Below, one piece after another: positions 9,737 to 17,394 of a DNA stretch of 51,814 nt (position 1 is the first letter of the stretch; each line of letters starts with the position of its first letter). The position numbers and the translations under genes are program-made. Under the pieces are notes generated by a model, which searched no databases, was not told the origin of the DNA, and saw only the letters and a list, made by a program, of their open reading frames with translations. The stretch comes from an uncultured Oscillospiraceae bacterium (GTDB taxonomy: Bacteria > Bacillota > Clostridia > Oscillospirales > CAG-382). The DNA lies in the NCBI GenBank assembly GCA_964522305.1, contig CAZFVM010000001.1, forward strand, positions 1 through 51,814, given 5' to 3'.

Positions 9737-10630
9737 ATGGAACACCTTATCCGAGAACTGGAAGAACTAAGAAAATCGGTCAGCCGCTGGTATTATATAT
9801 CTGTCGGACTGGCATTTGCGGGACTGCTTTCCATCCCCTTTTTTTTACCGAGATTTGTAGTGTTGTCTTTTTTGATTTTTATCTCGGCTTTTTTGGTTTT
9901 TGCCTTTGGAGGCAGACGGGCAAAACAGGAATACATTCGTCGTTTCAAAAAAGAAATGGTAAAGGGTTTGCTCTCAGAGGTGTTTGACGACTTGACCTTT
10001 GATCCCGATGGAGGGATATCCAGGGAAGTAATTCGCAACACCAAGATGATTTGTATGGGGAATGTATATCGCTCGGAAGACTATGTGAGGGCCAAGTATA
10101 AAGGAATAGGGTTTGAGCAATCGGATGTGGTTATCCAAAACGAAACCACGGACAGCGACGGGAACACCCAAACCACCACTTACTTTAGGGGCAGATGGAT
10201 GGTTTTTGAGTTTAACAAAGAGTTTTTTTCTGATCTGCAGGTACGACAAAAAGGGTTTTCCTATTCCACCAGAAAAAGCGGGTGGTTTGTTAATAAACAA
10301 GACAGGATGAACCCGGTGAAGATGGAGGACATGGAGTTTAACAAGTTATTTGATGTGTATTCCAACAACCCCCACGAAGCATATTATATCCTTACACCCC
10401 ATATAATGGACTCGATAAAGAATATTCAGCGCCACACCAAGGGCAAAATATTGTTTTGCTTTGTAAAGAAAAAACTTCATGTAGCTGTAAACAACAACGA
10501 AGATTCCTTCGAAGCTCCAATCTTTTCAAGGTTGGACACTCGGATGTTAGATAAAATAAAACAAGAAATAAGTATTATAACCAGGTTTGCAGACCAGCTT
10601 AATCTGGATAGAAATATCTACAAGCAATAG
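9737..10630 (+). CDS. DUF3137-like membrane protein
   Basis: 297 aa with two N-terminal TM helices followed by a soluble domain. It sits directly upstream of lemA, a pairing I recall for DUF3137. Confidence 0.5.
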   Translation: MEHLIRELEELRKSVSRWYYISVGLAFAGLLSIPFFLPRFVVLSFLIFISAFLVFAFGGRRAKQEYIRRFKKEMVKGLLSEVFDDLTFDPDGGISREVIRNTKMICMGNVYRSEDYVRAKYKGIGFEQSDVVIQNETTDSDGNTQTTTYFRGRWMVFEFNKEFFSDLQVRQKGFSYSTRKSGWFVNKQDRMNPVKMEDMEFNKLFDVYSNNPHEAYYILTPHIMDSIKNIQRHTKGKILFCFVKKKLHVAVNNNEDSFEAPIFSRLDTRMLDKIKQEISIITRFADQLNLDRNIYKQ

Positions 10631-10661
10631 TATTGATACTAAATATACAGGAGGCAAACAA

Positions 10662-11201
10662 ATGGAGTTTTTTGTTGTTTTCGGCGGGATAATTGTTATC
10701 CTTTTGATATGGTTTGTTTCGGTTCGAAACCGTATCGTCACAGCTGAGGTAAAGATAGAAGAAGCTACCTCCGGAATCGATATTGCCCTTACCAAGAGAT
10801 ACGATGTCTTGACCAAGATGTTAGATGTGGTCAAAGGATATGCAAGTCACGAAAAAGAAACCCTAAAAGAATTAGTAAAGCTTCGGACCGATATGTCCAT
10901 GGGAGAAAAGAACCGAGCTAATGCAGATATGGATGAACTGCGCAGGCAAATCAGGGTCATAGTCGAGAGATACCCGGACTTGAAGGCAAGCGAGAACTTT
11001 AAGACTCTTCAAATCTCCATTACCGATGTCGAAGAGCACCTCCAAGCCGCTCGAAGACTATACAACGGTAATGTCACCCACTTTAATAATTTGATAGTAA
11101 TCTTTCCCTCCAACTTAGTGGCAGGAATGATGGGCAAGACTAAAAAAGAATTTTTTGAGGCGGAGGCAGAAAAAAGAGCCGATGTCAAAATGGAGTTTTA
11201 G
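10662..11201 (+). CDS. lemA: LemA family protein
   Basis: MEFFVVFGGIIVILLIWFVSVRNRIV...IDIALTKRYDVL...RYPDLKASENF. AGGAGG lies 8 nt upstream of the ATG at 10662, so I chose this internal start. Confidence 0.85.
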   Translation: MEFFVVFGGIIVILLIWFVSVRNRIVTAEVKIEEATSGIDIALTKRYDVLTKMLDVVKGYASHEKETLKELVKLRTDMSMGEKNRANADMDELRRQIRVIVERYPDLKASENFKTLQISITDVEEHLQAARRLYNGNVTHFNNLIVIFPSNLVAGMMGKTKKEFFEAEAEKRADVKMEF

Positions 11202-12567
11202 CAAGACCGATCGAAACAAAAAAGCCAGACTCACACCGGGACAGATTATAATAATCGGTTTTGTTGCGGTTATTTTGGTTGGCGGTTTGTTGCTTATGCT
11301 GCCGATATCTTCGGTTGCGGGCAAAAGCACTTCCCCCTCAGATGCGTTTTTTACCGCCACCTCCGCCACCTGTGTGACCGGGTTGACCGTGTTGGATACC
11401 GATACCTATTGGTCCGGGTTTGGCAAAGGGATAATCCTTACCATGATACAGGTAGGGGGCTTGGGGTTTATGTCTCTGGCTATGCTTATGAGCATGTTGT
11501 TAAAACGCAGGGTCTCTCCAAAAGAGAGGGTGGTCTTTGTTCAATCTATGAACCTGTTGACCGGAGAGAGGATGTTTTCTTTTGTAAAGCACATGCTGGT
11601 GTTTACCTTTGCCTTTGAAAGCGTCGGAGCGTTGTTGCTTGCCTTCAAATATGTTCCCCTCTTCGGGTTTTGGCCCGGGTTGGCAAAAAGTGTTTTTCAC
11701 TCTGTATCCGCCTTTTGTAACGCAGGGTTTGACCTGATGGGCGGGTTTTCCGGGGAGTTTTCCGGGTTGTCGTTTTTTGCAGAAGATTATTATACAAACA
11801 TAGTTATAGGGTCTTTGGTTATCTTTGGCGGCCTGGGCTTTGTGGTCTGGCAGGAGATAGTAGAAAAAATAGTTAGCAAAAAAAGACTGTCTTTGTACTC
11901 TAGATTGGTTTTGGTCATATCCGCCCTTTTGGTCTTTGGCGGAGGACTGATATTCTTAATTACCGAAGGGCAAAACCCCCATACCCTGGGTGGTCTTTCA
12001 CCGGGGGGCAAGATTATCGGCAGTTGGTTTATGTCTGTGACCTGTCGTACCGCCGGATTTGCGGCATTGCCTGTGGGTAAGCTCAAGGGAGTAAGCTTGG
12101 GATTGTCCATGTTGCTCATGTTTGTTGGCGGGTCTTCCGGCTCTACTGCGGGAGGGGTCAAGACGGTTACCGTGGGCATAGTAATGATAGCGGTATTCCA
12201 GATAATCAAAGGGAACCGAGAGATAAATATTCGCAAGCGCAGGCTTGATATGAATGTGGTGTCCCGGGCTTTTGCACTAATTATAATTGCCGGTATGACA
12301 CTGTTGGCAGGTAGTTTTATAATAAGTTTCACCGACTCGGTGTTTGGGTTTTCGGACATATTGTTTGAAGCGGTTTCTGCTTTTGGGACAGTAGGGCTAA
12401 CGACGGGGATAACCCCGGAGATATCGGTTTTTGGCAGAATTGTGCTGATGGCGTTGATGTTCTTTGGCAGGATAGGGGTGATAACCATCACCTATACCAT
12501 TATGAAGAGCTTGGACTCTGATACAAAAAGCATAAAATACCCCAGGACAAATGTGTTGTTGGGCTGA
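11182..12567 (+). CDS. ktrB: TrkH/KtrB-family potassium transporter membrane subunit
   Basis: Polytopic protein with repeated pore-loop motifs (CVTGL, CNAGF, CRTAGF, FGTVGLTTG). The ATG at 11182 overlaps the lemA 3' end by 20 nt. The TTG at 11155 is an alternative start. Confidence 0.85.
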   Translation: MSKWSFSKTDRNKKARLTPGQIIIIGFVAVILVGGLLLMLPISSVAGKSTSPSDAFFTATSATCVTGLTVLDTDTYWSGFGKGIILTMIQVGGLGFMSLAMLMSMLLKRRVSPKERVVFVQSMNLLTGERMFSFVKHMLVFTFAFESVGALLLAFKYVPLFGFWPGLAKSVFHSVSAFCNAGFDLMGGFSGEFSGLSFFAEDYYTNIVIGSLVIFGGLGFVVWQEIVEKIVSKKRLSLYSRLVLVISALLVFGGGLIFLITEGQNPHTLGGLSPGGKIIGSWFMSVTCRTAGFAALPVGKLKGVSLGLSMLLMFVGGSSGSTAGGVKTVTVGIVMIAVFQIIKGNREINIRKRRLDMNVVSRAFALIIIAGMTLLAGSFIISFTDSVFGFSDILFEAVSAFGTVGLTTGITPEISVFGRIVLMALMFFGRIGVITITYTIMKSLDSDTKSIKYPRTNVLLG

Positions 12568-12607
12568 TATAACAAAAATACGGGGAAAGGGTTAAAAAGT
12601 AAGGGAA

Positions 12608-13267
12608 ATGAAGAGTTTTTGTATAATTGGGCTGGGCAACTTCGGGACTACCCTCGCCCGAACCCTGACAGATAACGGACATCAAGTGTCGGTTATCGAT
12701 AAGGATGAAGAAAAGATTGACGAAATAGCCGATGATGTGATGTCCGCCATATGCGGGGATGCCACCAACGAAAACGTGTTGAAGGTTGTGGGTATAAACA
12801 ACTATGACGCCTGTATAGTATGTCTGAAGGATAACATGCAGGACTCTATTTTGATTACTCTGCTGTTAAAGGAGATGGGAGCAAGGCGGGTGGTGGCGCG
12901 AGCCATTTCCAACCGACACAAGAAAGTTTTGCTAAAAGTCGGGGCTAACATGGTGGTGTTCCCCGAGCGGGATATGGGGCAAAAACTTGCCTTTACATTG
13001 ACCAAGACCGATGTCTTTGAGTTCTTTAACCTGTCGGAGGACTTTTCCATAGCAGAGATTAAGGTACCCGAATCCTGGACCGGAAAGAGCGCTCGAGAGA
13101 TAGATGCCCGCAGAAACTTCGGGATTAATATCATCGCGACCTGTAACAACGAAGGGGAACACTTCGAAATGTTTGCCGACCCGGAGAGGGTGTTTACAAC
13201 CGAGGAAAGAATAGTTATAATCGGAGATAACAAGGACCTTAATAAATTAACCGAGAAAAAGCTGTAA
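12608..13267 (+). CDS. ktrA: TrkA/KtrA potassium uptake regulatory subunit (RCK)
   Basis: 219 aa with the Rossmann motif IIGLGNFGTTLARTL and a C-terminal RCK_C domain. Confidence 0.85.
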   Translation: MKSFCIIGLGNFGTTLARTLTDNGHQVSVIDKDEEKIDEIADDVMSAICGDATNENVLKVVGINNYDACIVCLKDNMQDSILITLLLKEMGARRVVARAISNRHKKVLLKVGANMVVFPERDMGQKLAFTLTKTDVFEFFNLSEDFSIAEIKVPESWTGKSAREIDARRNFGINIIATCNNEGEHFEMFADPERVFTTEERIVIIGDNKDLNKLTEKKL

Positions 13268-13310
13268 GTATAATCATAAATAACAATAAACATAAAAAAG
13301 GAGCGGTATC

Positions 13311-14450
13311 ATGAAAGCGATAATCAATGGAAAAATTGTGTTAAAAGACCGGATTTTGGAAGGTAGAGCTTTGGTTTATGACCAAAAAATAATAGATTTT
13401 GCCGACCCCGATAACATCCCGGAAGGTGCAGAGATAATCGACGCCGGCGGCAAATATGTCTCCCCCGGATTTTTGGATGTCCATATCCACGGGTTTTTGG
13501 GAGAGGACACCTCGGATGGCAAAGAAGAAGGCTTTAGAATCATGTCTGAGGGATTGTTAAAAAACGGAGTAACCGCTTGGTTGCCAACCACCGTAACCAT
13601 CCCCCGAGAAGACGTGATAAAGGTTGCCGGGATTATTCGTTCTTTGATGGAGGAGTCCAAAACCTGGAAAGGCGCTGCCATTCTTGGGATGAACGCAGAG
13701 GGCCCCTATGTAAACCCAAAGAAAAAAGGAGCACAAAACGAAGCATATATCCAAAAACCGGATTCCGAAGTCCTTATAGACAACTCGGATGTAATAAAAA
13801 TTTCTACCTTGGCGCCTGAGATGGACGAAGGTTTCACCGAGATTAAAAAAATAGTGGCAAATTCGGATGTCATCATCTCCATGGGACACACCGATGCCGA
13901 TTATGACCAGGCGTCAGAATCTATTTTGTCCGGAGTCAAGCTGATAACCCATCTGTTTAATGCTATGACCCCCTTGGCACACCGTAATCCCGGGGTAGTG
14001 GGAGCTGCTTTGACCCACGATGTGTATGTAGAGCTTATTACCGACAAGTTCCATATTCATCCTGCTTTGTTTGAATTGATTTATAAGGTAAAGAAGGATA
14101 AAATGATAGTAATCACCGACTGTATTCGTGCCGGAGGGTTAGAGGACGGAGAATATGACCTGGGAGGACAGCAGGTGACATTAAAGGGTATCGAATGCAG
14201 GCTTGCAGACGGTACAATCGCAGGTAGTGTTTTGACCCTAAACAAGGGGGTTTACAACATGTACAGCGAGACCACCCTTACAGTTCCCGAGGCGGTGGCG
14301 TGTGCCACAATTAACCCGGCTACCATGCTGGGGATACAGGACAAGAAAGGCTCGTTGGAGATAGGCAAGGATGCCGACATCATTATTTTTGACCAAGAAT
14401 TCAATATAAATAAGACAATTATCGGAGGTAGTGTGCGTTATGAAGCTTAA
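13311..14450 (+). CDS. nagA: N-acetylglucosamine-6-phosphate deacetylase
   Basis: 379 aa, GFLDVHIHGF metal-binding motif, ...HLFNAM...; amidohydrolase fold typical of NagA. Confidence 0.85.
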   Translation: MKAIINGKIVLKDRILEGRALVYDQKIIDFADPDNIPEGAEIIDAGGKYVSPGFLDVHIHGFLGEDTSDGKEEGFRIMSEGLLKNGVTAWLPTTVTIPREDVIKVAGIIRSLMEESKTWKGAAILGMNAEGPYVNPKKKGAQNEAYIQKPDSEVLIDNSDVIKISTLAPEMDEGFTEIKKIVANSDVIISMGHTDADYDQASESILSGVKLITHLFNAMTPLAHRNPGVVGAALTHDVYVELITDKFHIHPALFELIYKVKKDKMIVITDCIRAGGLEDGEYDLGGQQVTLKGIECRLADGTIAGSVLTLNKGVYNMYSETTLTVPEAVACATINPATMLGIQDKKGSLEIGKDADIIIFDQEFNINKTIIGGSVRYEA

Positions 14451-15816
14451 GGTACAAGCGGTATTAGATCCGCAATTTAGCCCCTTATCGGTGGTATGCC
14501 GGGAAATGAGGGAGAACACCAAGGACGAAGGCCAGGACCTGATTATCGGTATCGAGAGAAACCATGGATATGTATCGGTATACAAGACCAGAATTTATCT
14601 CGACGGTGTGGGTCGTGACCAAGACAACTTTGAGTTTGTGGAGCGGATTATAAAATCCTTGTTATGGTCCATGGGCGGATATAAAATTATAATCGCCGGC
14701 AGCCGAGTCGTAGGGGAGAAAATAAAAGAGGCTTACAAGGACAAGGGTCTCAGAGACTTCGACTTCCACTTTATGGAGAGGGTTTATGAAGAGTCTTTTG
14801 TGGTAGAACTCAGAGACATCGAGGATGCTCCCGTGGCAAACGAACAATCCGACCCCATCGGCAGACACTTGGACGGTTGCAGGATTGGGTTTGATGCCGG
14901 CGGCAGCGACAGGAAAGTCAGTGCGGTTATAGACGGGGAAGCCGTTTATTCCGAAGAGGTGGTTTGGCATCCCAAGATTAACACCGACCCTTCCTATCAC
15001 TACAAGGGAATCTTGGAGGCAATGAAAACAGCTGCTTCCCACATGCCCAGGGTTGACGGTATCGGGGTTTCCTCCGCTGGGGTTTATGTGGACAACAAGA
15101 TTATGATAGCCTCTTTGTTCCTTAAGGTTCCGGACGAAGAGTTTGACAGACATGTCAAGAACATGTATATAAATGTGGCGAAAGAAATCGGAGAAAATAT
15201 TCCTTTGGAGGTTGCCAACGACGGGGATGTAACCGCTTTGGCAGGTGCCATGGAACTCGACGACACCAATGTGTTGGGGATAGCCATGGGGACCTCTGAG
15301 GCAGGAGGATATGTAGACGGGCAGGGTAACATTACCGGGCGTCTCAACGAGCTTGCCTTTGTGCCCGTGGATTTTTCCAAGGATGCCATGGTGGACGAGT
15401 GGTCCGGCGACTATGGTTGCGGAGTCAAATACTTCTCCCAAGACGGGGTTATCAAGTTAGCTCCCGCAGCGGGAATCGAGCTGGATGAATCCCTTACTCC
15501 GGCGGAAAAACTAAAGGTAGTACAAGGGCTTATGGAACAAGGGGATGAGCGTGCAGCAAAGATATACGAAACCATAGGTGTGTACTTTGGTTATGCTCTG
15601 CCCTATTATGCCGAGTTTTATGACATAAAGCATGTATTGATACTCGGTAGGGTTACCTCCGGCGAGGGCGGTGTTTTGTTGCTCAACAAAGCAAAGGAAG
15701 TATTAAACACCGAGTTTCCGGAGTTTGCCAAGAAGGTAAATCTGCATATACCCGACGAGAATCAACGCAGGGTAGGTCAGTCGGTGGCGGCTGCCAGTTT
15801 GCCCAACATAGGCTAA
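14440..15816 (+). CDS. ROK-family sugar kinase with an N-terminal extension of about 147 aa
   Basis: The ROK core starts near RIGFDAGGSDRKVSAV, followed by ...ANDGDVTALAG... The ATG at 14440 has GGAGG 11 nt upstream and overlaps the nagA stop. Confidence 0.75.
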   Translation: MKLKVQAVLDPQFSPLSVVCREMRENTKDEGQDLIIGIERNHGYVSVYKTRIYLDGVGRDQDNFEFVERIIKSLLWSMGGYKIIIAGSRVVGEKIKEAYKDKGLRDFDFHFMERVYEESFVVELRDIEDAPVANEQSDPIGRHLDGCRIGFDAGGSDRKVSAVIDGEAVYSEEVVWHPKINTDPSYHYKGILEAMKTAASHMPRVDGIGVSSAGVYVDNKIMIASLFLKVPDEEFDRHVKNMYINVAKEIGENIPLEVANDGDVTALAGAMELDDTNVLGIAMGTSEAGGYVDGQGNITGRLNELAFVPVDFSKDAMVDEWSGDYGCGVKYFSQDGVIKLAPAAGIELDESLTPAEKLKVVQGLMEQGDERAAKIYETIGVYFGYALPYYAEFYDIKHVLILGRVTSGEGGVLLLNKAKEVLNTEFPEFAKKVNLHIPDENQRRVGQSVAAASLPNIG

Positions 15817-15831
15817 GGGCTAAAACATAAC

Positions 15832-15873
15832 AAAAAAGCCGGGACGGAAATATCCGCTCCGGCTCTTTTTTTT
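15832..15873. terminator. Bidirectional rho-independent terminator between the ROK gene and the convergent MFS gene
   Basis: A-run, then AGCCGG-GA-CGG / CCG-CT-CCGGCT stem with an AAATAT loop, then a T8 run. Confidence 0.7.
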
Positions 15874-15878
15874 CGTAA

Positions 15879-17210
15879 TTATTCTGCAGTCGGAGAAATC
15901 CTTGGTATCCAACGAAGGACAACATATCCCAGCAGTCCAAACAAAACCCCGGTGCAAAGCATTAATATCTGCACGCTCCCCAAGGGCTTTCCGAGTATGG
16001 TAAAGGTAAAATCCCCCATTAGGGATACAAACCCGGTACCTACGAGCATGGCTAACAGTGCAGAAAAGTTCACGAATACAGAATAAAAGGACATATAATT
16101 GGTCCGGTCTCCGACAGGCAGATTTATGTAGGGGAAGTTGGCATAAGTTATGGCTATCATAACACTCAAAAAATGTTGGCTCAACCTGACTATTAGCATA
16201 ATCCAGGTATAATTGCTTCGGTCAGCGAAGGCATACAGAAAATAGGTAGGGGCTAAGAATATGACTGCCAAAGCGAAGGGTTTGAACCATTCGTATCGGA
16301 ATATCAGTCGTTTTGCCGCCGCTCCGAAGAGTATAAAGAACAAAAAGTAAGATGAGTTTATTGCGGTGACAAAGGTGAAGGACACCCCGATGTTGGAGAG
16401 TAAATGGGCGTTTATAACCGAGGCAGTGAGTTGGGAAGCGAAAGTGTATCCAAACATAATATACATGGTGTGTATGAACTTCTTTTGGGAAAAGGCTAAG
16501 CGGATAACCGAGAACATCCCCAGGCGTTGGTTTTCGCTTTTTTGGTATTCGTACTCCTTTGGCAGGCTAAGGACGACGACCTCGACTATCGCCAGCAAAA
16601 ACCCCACTACATAAAGGGAGTTGATTATACCGATTTTGTTGTCTGCGCTCGCCAGAGAGTCTGCCAGGATGGCGCTTAGCAATGTAAACACCCCGGCGAT
16701 GAAGTTGGCTATGGTACTGGAGGTATTAAAATAATCTGCCCGGATACTCTCGGGCAAAAAGTTTATGTGCCACACCGGGTACCCTGCCGAGAATAGGGAG
16801 TTTATGGAGGAAGATACAAAGATTGTCAACGCAAGTCCTGTATATAGTTGTACCGGATCGGTTAAAATCTTCGGCAATAATATGAGCCCGGGAATCCTAA
16901 TGGCATAATAGGTCAAGCGAGAGAGCGCCAACACCCATTTGCGACGAGGGATGCGCTCTAAGACCAGAGGAGAAAGCAAGGAAAACCCTGAGGCGATAAA
17001 GGGGATAAAAATAAGGATACCTATGTTGACCATATCTATGCCATGGCCGACTAAGTATCCGGTGTAGAATATCCCGCCGATAATATTGGTGATGACAGCA
17101 GAAAGGATGGTAGAGGCAAGCATACTGCTCCGCCCCCTGCCATCCTCGGTTTTTGTATTAAAGAGTCTCTTTATCGAGGAGTTGTGCCTAAGGTTATTGG
17201 GATTAATCAT
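15879..17210 (-). CDS. MFS-type transporter
   Basis: 443 aa with about 12 predicted TM segments, convergent with the nagA/ROK sugar genes. Confidence 0.7.
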   Translation of the reverse strand: MINPNNLRHNSSIKRLFNTKTEDGRGRSSMLASTILSAVITNIIGGIFYTGYLVGHGIDMVNIGILIFIPFIASGFSLLSPLVLERIPRRKWVLALSRLTYYAIRIPGLILLPKILTDPVQLYTGLALTIFVSSSINSLFSAGYPVWHINFLPESIRADYFNTSSTIANFIAGVFTLLSAILADSLASADNKIGIINSLYVVGFLLAIVEVVVLSLPKEYEYQKSENQRLGMFSVIRLAFSQKKFIHTMYIMFGYTFASQLTASVINAHLLSNIGVSFTFVTAINSSYFLFFILFGAAAKRLIFRYEWFKPFALAVIFLAPTYFLYAFADRSNYTWIMLIVRLSQHFLSVMIAITYANFPYINLPVGDRTNYMSFYSVFVNFSALLAMLVGTGFVSLMGDFTFTILGKPLGSVQILMLCTGVLFGLLGYVVLRWIPRISPTAE

Positions 17211-17242
17211 AAGTCACACAACAATATCTATATTTTTGGTCC

Positions 17243-17280
17243 TTACCCTGATTATAAAACAACAAGTCAGGGTAAATCAA
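17243..17280 (-). promoter_or_regulatory. Candidate promoter of the MFS gene embedded in a perfect 9-bp inverted repeat
   Basis: On the minus strand: TTGATT (17280-17275), 18-nt spacer, TATAAT (17256-17251). The arms TTACCCTGA (17243-17251) and TCAGGGTAA (17267-17275) flank the -10 element. Confidence 0.4.
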
Positions 17281-17394
17281 TTGGATGAATACCAGAAAAT
17301 CCCGAGACCAAGTCAAGCTTTTTGACCTATATTGACTGTTTTTAACCCTCGGTGAGGTGCTTATTGCCTGTAAGACATCCTTTGTCGAGGAGAT

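Noticed and set aside
11100-11182. Possible c-di-AMP (ydaO/kimA-type) riboswitch in front of ktrB
   Set aside because: ktrB overlaps the 3' end of lemA, so there is no non-coding leader.
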